From contig OW818653.1 of NCBI GenBank assembly GCA_942492995.1, positions 1,230,001 to 1,262,000 on the forward strand: a stretch of 32,000 nucleotides of DNA, in the 5' to 3' direction. Position numbers and translations under genes: made by a program. The stretch is from an uncultured Erysipelotrichaceae bacterium. GTDB lineage: Bacteria; Bacillota_I; Bacilli_A; Erysipelotrichales; Erysipelotrichaceae. The notes under the pieces were generated by a model that was not told where the DNA came from, ran no database searches, and saw only the letters and a list, made by a program, of their open reading frames with translations. This document shows, piece after piece, positions 1 to 7,218 of the stretch (positions within the stretch are counted from its first letter, which is position 1; the number at the start of each line of letters is the position of its first letter).

Positions 1-116
1 TATCTGCAGTAACATCCACTCCAATGTGGCGCATGACTGTAATCTAAAGAATCAAAGAAATTAGGTAATTCTTCTGGGTTATTCGGATTAAGTGAATGAA
101 TGGTATAGTTTGACAT
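1..116 (-). CDS. GNAT-family N-acetyltransferase, N-terminal fragment (gene runs off the left edge)
   Basis: Absent from the ORF track because it is truncated. The reverse complement gives ATG at 116-114, then MSNYTIHSLNPNNPEELPNFFDSLDYSHAPHWSGCYCR. An AAGAGG Shine-Dalgarno lies at 122-127, 5 nt upstream. I recall the FFD...W.GCYC N-terminal pattern from a family of small GNAT acetyltransferases; this is from memory only. Confidence 0.45.
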   Translation of the reverse strand, partial: MSNYTIHSLNPNNPEELPNFFDSLDYSHAPHWSGCYCR

Positions 117-158
117 AAGTACCTCTTATTTAATCCTACCAGATTTAATAAAATAGAA

Positions 159-1067
159 CTATCGCTTTACTACAGGAATCCAAACTTCAGAATAACTTAA
201 TGTATCATCTAACATATAGTAAAGTTCCATATCAGGACCTTCCGCATGTTCATACCCTGAATTAGGGAACCACTCTGGGAAGATACGTCTCCATATTGCT
301 TGAATCTTTTCAACAGTTTCAGATGGTTTATGATTCTCTGTTCTAAAGATTGCCCAAGTATGCGACTCTACATTAACTGTTTTCAAATCACTTGGTACAG
401 AACTTGTTCCATCGAAATCAATCAACCCAATCATGTACGGAAATGTATCATTTTCTAACATTTCATAACACATAATCGCATTCACATTACATAGATTCTT
501 TACTGGATTCTTAAGTTCAATTTGTTCTAAACGTTTTACTGTTCCATCTTCATATTTCTTATCCCAAAACTCAGGTATGCTTGTGAAGTTTTCTTCATTT
601 GTATTCTTTACGACAAAATCTACTCCATGTACTTTGAATGCACTTCTCTCTTCAATACGATAATTCATTTCAATTTCTCCTTTTAATGTTAATTGGAATG
701 ACATTCTTGGATATGCTTTTAATTGAATTCCTTTATCTTTCGCAAGTGATGGGTTAATCCCATGACAATTCTGAAATGCACGCGAGAAGGAAACAGGCGA
801 ATCATATCCATATTTGAGCGCTAAATCGATTACTTTTATATCACTATTTTGTAGTTCAAAAGCCGCAAGTGTTAAGCGTCTACGTCGGATATATTCTGAT
901 AATGACACATCTGTAATAAACGAAAACATCTTCTGGAAATGATGATTTGAACAAAGTGCTTTCTGCGCTAGTTGTTCATAATCAATCTCATCCAATAAAT
1001 GTGTTTCAATATAATCCATCGCGCCATTCATTCGTTCTAACCAATCCATCGTATCAATTCCTTTCAA
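159..1067 (-). CDS. AraC-family transcriptional regulator with C-terminal GyrI-like effector-binding domain
   Basis: 302 aa. The N-terminal half carries the AraC dual-HTH signature (LAQKALCSNHHFQKMFSF...GYDSPVSFSRAFQNCHGINPS). The C-terminal ~150 aa (NYRIEERSAFKVHGV...WIPV) resembles a GyrI/SOUL-type small-molecule-binding domain. Confidence 0.85.
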   Translation of the reverse strand: MKGIDTMDWLERMNGAMDYIETHLLDEIDYEQLAQKALCSNHHFQKMFSFITDVSLSEYIRRRRLTLAAFELQNSDIKVIDLALKYGYDSPVSFSRAFQNCHGINPSLAKDKGIQLKAYPRMSFQLTLKGEIEMNYRIEERSAFKVHGVDFVVKNTNEENFTSIPEFWDKKYEDGTVKRLEQIELKNPVKNLCNVNAIMCYEMLENDTFPYMIGLIDFDGTSSVPSDLKTVNVESHTWAIFRTENHKPSETVEKIQAIWRRIFPEWFPNSGYEHAEGPDMELYYMLDDTLSYSEVWIPVVKR

Positions 1068-1129
1068 TACTAGTGTAGTGAGAATCTTCTTTAATCTCGC
1101 AACTTTTCTTGTTTAAATTAGTTTGTATC

Positions 1130-1993
1130 TTATTCAATTGATTTAAATAATTGGAAAGATAATACACTTGAGAAACAGGCGAGTAATACAAACACTCCAA
1201 CTTTTACGATTAGTACAGGAATAGGAATATCAATGTTTGCGACAAATTGAAATGCAGATTGTATTGGCAACATCACTCCCATTACGGTACATAGGACTAA
1301 CATACTTGATAAAAGAACTGTCCCAAATCCATCATTGCGTTTAATTAAATAATAACTTAGAAACATGATAGGACTAATAAATGCCATATCATAAACATAG
1401 GTAACTTCTGTTGTATATGTCTCGATTAATGATAATGAACTTCCACTTAACAAGGTTGGAATTATATCCATTAACCATATTCCGAATAAGGCGATTCCTG
1501 TAATGATTAAGAATATTGTATAACCTTTTATTGGCGATTTTAAGACTAATTTATTAAGATCTAATTCTTTTATTAAGAGGAAAATACTAATCCAACTTAA
1601 TATGACTGAACTAATGTAAAACAAGAATAAATAATTGTACGTAATTCCTGTGGAAATACTAATAGAATAATAGAATATAACACCTAATAATGATATTAAT
1701 ATTAATCGATTTTTTAGAGATGGTTTTATATTAACCCAAACCAATGTACCAATTAATGCCGGTAAAACTAATACTAAGATGGTGAAGTCTGACCCAATAA
1801 AAATAGGTGCTTTAAAATATGAATCATAGAAATAAACACCATTCCCAAACAATTGTATGGTTTGACCATAAATATTTGTCACAAAGAAAGACTTCTCTAT
1901 CACAAATGATTGTATACCTGTAACTGTAATTATAAGTAGAATGATAACTTCCAATCCCAATAAAACATTGATATGATTAAGACCTTTTTTCAT
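1130..1993 (-). CDS. Polytopic integral membrane protein, unknown function
   Basis: 287 aa with about 8 hydrophobic helices. I recognise no motif. It lies directly upstream of the AraC gene on the same strand. Confidence 0.6.
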   Translation of the reverse strand: MKKGLNHINVLLGLEVIILLIITVTGIQSFVIEKSFFVTNIYGQTIQLFGNGVYFYDSYFKAPIFIGSDFTILVLVLPALIGTLVWVNIKPSLKNRLILISLLGVIFYYSISISTGITYNYLFLFYISSVILSWISIFLLIKELDLNKLVLKSPIKGYTIFLIITGIALFGIWLMDIIPTLLSGSSLSLIETYTTEVTYVYDMAFISPIMFLSYYLIKRNDGFGTVLLSSMLVLCTVMGVMLPIQSAFQFVANIDIPIPVLIVKVGVFVLLACFSSVLSFQLFKSIE

Positions 1994-2028
1994 GTTTATA
2001 TTATTCCTCTATTTTGTATTTTACACTG

Positions 2029-2071
2029 ATAAAAAAACTTATCTATCTCTTTTTACGAAATAAATAAGTTT
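2029..2071 (-). terminator. Rho-independent terminator after the vWA gene
   Basis: Minus-strand RNA: AAACUUAUUUAUUUC-GUAAAAA-GAGAUAGAUAAGUUU, a 15-bp stem with two G.U pairs, followed by UUUUAUC. On the plus strand the same positions are C-A mismatches, so the structure is strand-specific. Confidence 0.75.
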
Positions 2072-2106
2072 CATCCTATAATCACGAATAATCTTAAACG
2101 ACCGTA

Positions 2107-2754
2107 TTACACTTTCGTTCTTTTTATGTAATCTTCATCGACTTCTTTCTTCCAATCATCTTCAATACAATCATTCGTCCTGAAATCACTAATAACTTTA
2201 TTCATCGCTTGATAGTTCAAATTGGTCCCTTGGTCATCAGAGTGAAAGTTAACAGCTCGATTTGCGTCTATCCCAAAATTGTTTGCCACATCAATCGCAT
2301 CCATATTCGCACCCATAAAGATAAACTCCCAATGGTACTTCTTCTTCTGATGTTCGACCATTCGTTTAATCATTTTATAGTTATACTTCCGACTTGCGTT
2401 TTCCATCCCATCAGTCGTAATCACAAATAACACTTTATCGGATTGATGTTCCTTCAATGTCGCTTTCTGTACATTCACAATCTTTTCGATCGTCATCCCT
2501 ATCGCATCAAGTAGCGCAGTAGATCCACGTACATAGTATTCTTTTTCAGTTATATTAGCGATTGATTTTAAGTTTAATCGGTCATGTAATATTTCATACG
2601 CATGATCAAATAAGACTGTGGTGATTATTGCTTCACCCTCTTCTTCTCTTTGTTTATTCAATAGAGAATTAAACCCTTTTATCGTATCACTTTCAAGTCC
2701 AGCCATCGATCCACTTCGATCGAGTATAAATATACATTCAACTTTATTTGTCAT
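2107..2754 (-). CDS. Cytoplasmic von Willebrand factor A (vWA) domain protein with intact MIDAS
   Basis: 215 aa with no signal peptide or TM helix. MIDAS residues are visible: D12-R-S14-G-S16 (ILDRSGSMAG), Thr in RGSTALLDA, and Asp in ITTDGMEN. Confidence 0.85.
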   Translation of the reverse strand: MTNKVECIFILDRSGSMAGLESDTIKGFNSLLNKQREEEGEAIITTVLFDHAYEILHDRLNLKSIANITEKEYYVRGSTALLDAIGMTIEKIVNVQKATLKEHQSDKVLFVITTDGMENASRKYNYKMIKRMVEHQKKKYHWEFIFMGANMDAIDVANNFGIDANRAVNFHSDDQGTNLNYQAMNKVISDFRTNDCIEDDWKKEVDEDYIKRTKV

Positions 2755-2779
2755 AATTAATCTCTCTTTCTAATCCAAG

Positions 2780-2809
2780 TGTATAAAAAGTGAGATATGT
2801 TAAGGTCAA
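2780..2809 (-). promoter_or_regulatory. Candidate sigma-A promoter for the vWA gene
   Basis: The minus strand reads TTGACC-N18-TATACA in the 68-nt gap between the macro and vWA genes. A GAGAG-type RBS precedes the ATG at 2754. Confidence 0.4.
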
Positions 2810-2822
2810 CTGTCAGGCTACT

Positions 2823-3818
2823 TTATAATGTATTACATCCTAATAAATTTTGATCATATTCAAATAACACTTTATTAATTTCGAAAATATCGTAGATTTT
2901 CTGTTCAATGAAATACCTCACAATTAAATCGTGTTTAGAGCTGTTTGAAAGGCTAAATCCGGCTTTTTCGAGTAAGTTGGCACTTTCAACCAGTGATAAT
3001 CTTAAAGCTACACAGAAGGCTAAAACAGTAGATTTAGTTGGTCTGTAATCCACATGACTTCGTATCTTAGAGAAATGTGCTTTACTTATATTTGCACGTT
3101 TATACACATCTACATCTTTCATATTCTTTTGATCAATCAAATTCAATAATGATTCAGAAAACGATTTATCCAATTGAGTAAATATGTCATCCATCTTACT
3201 TAATGGAATAGAGTCCATTTCATCAAATTGACGACTAAATACTGTATTTGTTCTACTACTTTCAAGTCGAATATTGCTAATCGATTTCTCTACATAATTA
3301 TCATCGATATAGGATTTTATTGATAAAAATAGCTTAGAACTTATTTGGTACGCAACTTTATCATAAACAACTAAATACACCATCATTTCATGTTCAAACA
3401 AAAAAGTTTGTATCGTATGAATCGCAATTCTTAATGCGTCTTCTTTAGGATATCCATAATTACCAGAAGAAATAAGCGGAAACGCAATTGATTTCAAATC
3501 ATGATTCAATGCACATTCTAATGATTTTCTATAACAACTCTCAAGTTGTTTAGATTCATTATCTATTCCACCATTCCAAATTGGACCTACTGTATGAATA
3601 ATATGTTTCGCATTTAATTTAAATCCTGATGTTAATACAGCTTCGCCTGGTGCACAATACCCAATTTGTTTACACGCATCCGTTAATTCATTTATTCCAG
3701 CCAACTTAAAAATAGATTCGCTTGTTCCTCTTCCCATTTTTAACTTAGGGTTAGTTGGATGCACAATCGCATCTGTCATTAATCGTGTTATATCTTCGCG
3801 GATTATCTCGAATGGCAT
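2823..3818 (-). CDS. MacroD/YmdB-type macrodomain protein (ADP-ribose / O-acetyl-ADP-ribose hydrolase) with C-terminal XRE-like HTH
   Basis: 331 aa. Residues 1-170 carry macrodomain motifs: DAIVHPTN (the equivalent of the NAAN Asn) and ISSGNYGYPKEDA (the G-x-Y-G-Y-P loop). Residues ~225-290 (VYKRANISKAHFSKIRSHVDYRPTKSTVLAFCVALRLSLVESANLL) resemble an XRE-type helix-turn-helix. An extended -10 TGATATAAT lies at 3832-3840, only 13 nt before the ATG, and no clear SD is present. Confidence 0.8.
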   Translation of the reverse strand: MPFEIIREDITRLMTDAIVHPTNPKLKMGRGTSESIFKLAGINELTDACKQIGYCAPGEAVLTSGFKLNAKHIIHTVGPIWNGGIDNESKQLESCYRKSLECALNHDLKSIAFPLISSGNYGYPKEDALRIAIHTIQTFLFEHEMMVYLVVYDKVAYQISSKLFLSIKSYIDDNYVEKSISNIRLESSRTNTVFSRQFDEMDSIPLSKMDDIFTQLDKSFSESLLNLIDQKNMKDVDVYKRANISKAHFSKIRSHVDYRPTKSTVLAFCVALRLSLVESANLLEKAGFSLSNSSKHDLIVRYFIEQKIYDIFEINKVLFEYDQNLLGCNTL

Positions 3819-3885
3819 AGTTTATAGTCTCATTATATCAAATAAAAAAAAATTAGATAGTTATCTATCCAATTTTATGTACACG

Positions 3886-4941
3886 TTAGTTTTTAAACCA
3901 ATGTTTAGTATTATTCGCAATCTTCACAAGGATTAACATAACAGGTACTTCAGTAAGTACACCAACAACTGTCGCAAGTACTGCAGGAGATGTTGTGCCA
4001 AATAACGCAATCGCAACCGCTACTGATAATTCAAAGAAATTGGATGCGCCAATCATACCGGCAGGTGCTGCGATATCATGACTTAGATTTAATTTCTTGG
4101 ATGTTAGATATGCGATAAAAAAGATTAAGAATGTTTGAATGATCAATGGAATACCGATAAGTACGATATGAAATGGATTGTTTATAATTACATCACCTTG
4201 GAATGAAAATAATAGAATTAGGGTTAATAATAAACCGATTGTGGTCGCATTATCAAACTTATTTACAAATTGATTCTCAAAGAAGTCTAAACCTTTATGT
4301 TTAATCACAAAGTGACGTGTCAATACTCCAAGTGATAATGGGATTACGACAAATAATACAACCGATAAGATTAATGTATCCCAAGGGACAAACACATTAC
4401 TAACACCCAATAAGAACTTAACAATCGGTACGAACGCAACCAAAATAATTAAGTCATTTGTCGCAACTTGTACAACCGTATACGCTGGATTCCCTTTTGT
4501 GAGCGTACTCCAAACAAATACCATTGCCGTACATGGAGCTGCCCCCAGAAGAATTGCGCCGGCTAAATATTGTGTTGCGAGTTCGGGAGTAATAAACGAT
4601 TTGAATACCACAAAGAAGAAAAATACTGAAATTGCGTACATCGTAAATGGTTTGATTAACCAATTTGTAACCCATGTGACATATAGTCCTTTTGGGTTCT
4701 TTCCAACATTTTTAATACTTTCGAAATCAACCTTTAACATCATTGGATAAATCATTACCCAAATAAGAATTGCGACTGGAATCGATACCTTAGAAAATTC
4801 GAACTGATTGAAAAAAGTTGGAATACTTGGTAAATATCGACCAATCAGAATCCCTAGAATCATACATAACGCAACCCAAATACTTAAATATCGTTGAAAG
4901 AAATTAATTCCTTCAAGCTTCTTACTTTTTTCGCGATTCAT
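3886..4941 (-). CDS. acr3: Arsenite efflux transporter, ACR3 family
   Basis: 351 aa, about 10 TM helices. It has the characteristic N-terminus (INFFQRYLSIWVALCMILGILIGRYLP) and the conserved LLGAAPCTAMVFVW segment with the ACR3 catalytic Cys. A GAGG RBS is present. Confidence 0.92.
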   Translation of the reverse strand: MNREKSKKLEGINFFQRYLSIWVALCMILGILIGRYLPSIPTFFNQFEFSKVSIPVAILIWVMIYPMMLKVDFESIKNVGKNPKGLYVTWVTNWLIKPFTMYAISVFFFFVVFKSFITPELATQYLAGAILLGAAPCTAMVFVWSTLTKGNPAYTVVQVATNDLIILVAFVPIVKFLLGVSNVFVPWDTLILSVVLFVVIPLSLGVLTRHFVIKHKGLDFFENQFVNKFDNATTIGLLLTLILLFSFQGDVIINNPFHIVLIGIPLIIQTFLIFFIAYLTSKKLNLSHDIAAPAGMIGASNFFELSVAVAIALFGTTSPAVLATVVGVLTEVPVMLILVKIANNTKHWFKN

Positions 4942-4958
4942 AGAACCTCAATTTCTAA

Positions 4959-5192
4959 CTATTTAACAAGTAATGGTTTAATTTGTTCAGCTGTTAATAC
5001 TCTTCCATACGACACAACTTTTTCATCTACGACAAGACCAGGTGTACGCATAATTCCATACGATGCGATTCCTTCCATGTCTTTAACTTTCACAAATTCA
5101 GCTTCAATCCCTAATTCTTTTGCGGCTAAACGAGCATTTTGTTCAAGATTTACGCAATTTGCACAACCAGATCCTAGTACTTTGATAATCAT
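4959..5192 (-). CDS. Small thioredoxin-fold protein (redox-active disulfide protein 2 type, CxxC)
   Basis: 77 aa, MIIKVLGSGCANCVNLEQNA..., with a GCANC CxxC near the N-terminus. Proteins of this size and pattern are typically paired with COG0701-type permeases. Confidence 0.8.
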   Translation of the reverse strand: MIIKVLGSGCANCVNLEQNARLAAKELGIEAEFVKVKDMEGIASYGIMRTPGLVVDEKVVSYGRVLTAEQIKPLLVK

Positions 5193-5209
5193 ATTTTTTC
5201 CCCTTTATT

Positions 5210-6214
5210 TTAAAGTAAATACATTCCAAATTGATTAAACATGAAACCAATAATCATAATCCCAACCACGACAATCGACACAAACACAATAAGTAATTTA
5301 GGCTTAATAACTTTTTTTAACATGACGATACTTGGAAGGGATAATGCGGTTACTGCCATCATAAACGCTAAGGCAGTCCCAATCCCAACACCTTTAGAAA
5401 CAAGAGCTTCCGCAATTGGTAATGTCCCAAAGATATCCGCATACATCGGTACACCAACAAGGGTCGCTAGTGGAACTGAATACCACTTATCGACGCCAAG
5501 TAGTGCCGTAATAAACTCTTCTGGTACTACATTATGGATAAGTGCCCCAATCCCTACACCAATTAATACATAAATCCATACTTTGCGAACAATCTCTTTT
5601 ACGGATTCACTCGCAACACGAATACGCTCTTGAGTAGTTAATTCTTCTAATTCCATTTCTGGTAAACCAGATTTACGAAATACAAATGCTTCAACTTGAT
5701 CTTCCATTTTAAGTTTAGAAATGATTGTGCCACTGAATACAGCTAACAGAACTCCCACAACTACATACGCTAATGCGATTTTCCAATTGAAGATACTCGC
5801 AAGAAGAATAACTGAAGCTAAATCCACAAGCGGAGATGATATTAAAAAGGAAAATGTTACACCGATGGGTAATCCAGCAGATGTAAATCCAATGAATAGA
5901 GGAATTGATGAACAAGAACAGAATGGGGTGATTGTGCCTAATACTGCGCCAATCAAGTTCGCACTTACCCCTTTATATCTTCCCAATATTTTACGCGTAC
6001 GTTCAGGTGGAAAATAACTTTGAATGTACGAAACACCGAATATTAAAACAGATAATAAGACGAATATTTTAACTGTGTCATATAGAAAGAATTGTACACT
6101 AGCACCAAGTTGACTCTGATTATCTAATCCAACTAGGTTTACAAGTCCGCCCATTAAGTCACTTAACCATGTCATTTTTAAGAATACGTCATTTATAAAA
6201 CTAAATATCTGCAT
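5210..6214 (-). CDS. ArsP-like (COG0701/DUF318-type) permease with vicinal Cys pair
   Basis: 334 aa polytopic membrane protein with a TPFCSCSSIP motif (a CxC pair within a TM segment), as described for organoarsenical permease ArsP. It sits between arsR and acr3. Confidence 0.75.
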   Translation of the reverse strand: MQIFSFINDVFLKMTWLSDLMGGLVNLVGLDNQSQLGASVQFFLYDTVKIFVLLSVLIFGVSYIQSYFPPERTRKILGRYKGVSANLIGAVLGTITPFCSCSSIPLFIGFTSAGLPIGVTFSFLISSPLVDLASVILLASIFNWKIALAYVVVGVLLAVFSGTIISKLKMEDQVEAFVFRKSGLPEMELEELTTQERIRVASESVKEIVRKVWIYVLIGVGIGALIHNVVPEEFITALLGVDKWYSVPLATLVGVPMYADIFGTLPIAEALVSKGVGIGTALAFMMAVTALSLPSIVMLKKVIKPKLLIVFVSIVVVGIMIIGFMFNQFGMYLL

Positions 6215-6227
6215 AACTCCTCCGAAT

Positions 6228-6278
6228 ATAGATAAACATCTATGTATAGATTATAGACCTGTAAAATAACCCTGTCAA
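6228..6278 (-). promoter_or_regulatory. Consensus sigma-A promoter plus inverted-repeat operator for the permease-trx-acr3 operon
   Basis: The minus strand reads TTGACA (6278-6273), N17, TATAAT (6255-6250). Six nt later comes the perfect 6-4-6 inverted repeat ATAGAT-GTTT-ATCTAT (6243-6228), which overlaps the expected TSS. GGAGGAG and the ATG at 6214 follow. Confidence 0.7.
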
Positions 6279-6297
6279 TTAATATATCGATATTTAT

Positions 6298-6627
6298 CTA
6301 TATATTTACTGAACAACATTTATCATCTGAATTAGATGAATCTAAAACATCTTTTTCGATTAATGTTAATCCTGATAGATCATTGATTAATAAGTTATAA
6401 TATTCAGAATTTACTTTATATCGAACCCATGTCCCATCTTTACGAGATACAACTAACCCACATTGCGTTAATTTTTTCATATGAAACGATAATGTAGGTT
6501 GTGTAATTTTATAGTCATCTAAAATATCACACGCACACAACTCATCCTTAGAATAGAGTTTCTTGATAATGGATAAACGTATTGGATCAGATATTGCCTT
6601 TAATATTTCTACAGTGTTGTATTCCAT
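6298..6627 (-). CDS. arsR: ArsR/SmtB-family metalloregulator
   Basis: 109 aa winged-HTH protein. It has the ELCACDIL motif (CxC in the alpha3 As(III) site) and an extra C-terminal vicinal pair, DDKCCSVNI. Confidence 0.9.
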   Translation of the reverse strand: MEYNTVEILKAISDPIRLSIIKKLYSKDELCACDILDDYKITQPTLSFHMKKLTQCGLVVSRKDGTWVRYKVNSEYYNLLINDLSGLTLIEKDVLDSSNSDDKCCSVNI

Positions 6628-6658
6628 AATTCCTCCGGTGTATAATTCAATATATTGA
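6617..6658 (+). promoter_or_regulatory. Divergent promoter region with 12-bp perfect palindrome (candidate ArsR operator)
   Basis: The plus strand reads TTGTAT-N18-TATAAT (-10 at 6641-6646), immediately followed by the palindrome TCAATATATTGA (6647-6658). It lies between arsR and the DUF2703 gene. Confidence 0.5.
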
Positions 6659-6717
6659 TTAATATCTATATTAAGCTTTTATTCATAATATGCAAGCCCA
6701 AAGGAAGTGGAAATCGT

Positions 6718-7218
6718 ATGAAAATTGTACAAAAAATGAGTTGTTGCGCAGAAGGAAGTGATTGTTGTAAACCTATCAAGAAGATTGAGATAGAGTTTTT
6801 ATACCTCGATTTAAATGTATGCGAGCGATGCCAAGGTTCAGATAAGAATCTTGATAATGCGATTGAACTAATCAAACCTGTTCTTACAAAGCTAGGTTAT
6901 GCTATAGATATTCATAAAGTTAATGTAAATACGATTGATCGTGCTAAACAATACAGATTTTTAAGTTCACCTACGATTCGTATCAATCAAAACGATATTG
7001 AATTAAGTGTTAAAGAAGATAATTGTAAGAGTTGTGGAGATTTGTGTGGTGATACGGTAGATTGTCGCGTATTTACGTATGACGGTAAAGAATATCATGA
7101 GCCTCCCGTTGAGATGATAATCGATGGTATTTTACGATCGATTTATAATCCATCAAAATTAAAAGAACTTGATGTTTATCAAGTTCCAGAAAATTTACTT
7201 AAATTTTATAAAAAATAA
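6718..7218 (+). CDS. Cys-rich DUF2703-like thioredoxin-fold protein
   Basis: I place the start at ATG 6718 (GGAAGTGG RBS 6 nt upstream) rather than the track start at 6655, which lies in the predicted leader. The sequence reads MKIVQKMSCCAEGSDCCKP...EFLYLDLNVCERCQGS...CKSCGDLCGDTVDCRV. I recall the LYLDL..CxRC pattern from DUF2703; this is from memory. Confidence 0.6.
   Translation: MKIVQKMSCCAEGSDCCKPIKKIEIEFLYLDLNVCERCQGSDKNLDNAIELIKPVLTKLGYAIDIHKVNVNTIDRAKQYRFLSSPTIRINQNDIELSVKEDNCKSCGDLCGDTVDCRVFTYDGKEYHEPPVEMIIDGILRSIYNPSKLKELDVYQVPENLLKFYKK

Noticed and set aside
3855-3868. The TAGATA-GT-TATCTA inverted repeat followed by a T9 run after acr3, as a possible terminator.
   Set aside because: A 2-nt loop is sterically impossible, and the remaining AT-only stem is very weak. 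Read-through from acr3 into the macro gene cannot be excluded, so I did not list it as a feature.
6655-6717. N-terminal extensions of track ORFs. These are 6655 for the DUF2703-like gene, 15453 for purM, 21227 for purL, 10024 for flavodoxin, 26345 for the HMA protein, 28516 for permease half 1 and 31282 for TetR.
   Set aside because: The extended starts use TTG or lack an RBS. They overlap upstream genes or promoter elements, or they add residues absent from the usual family N-terminus. In each case an internal ATG with a good Shine-Dalgarno gives the canonical N-terminus.
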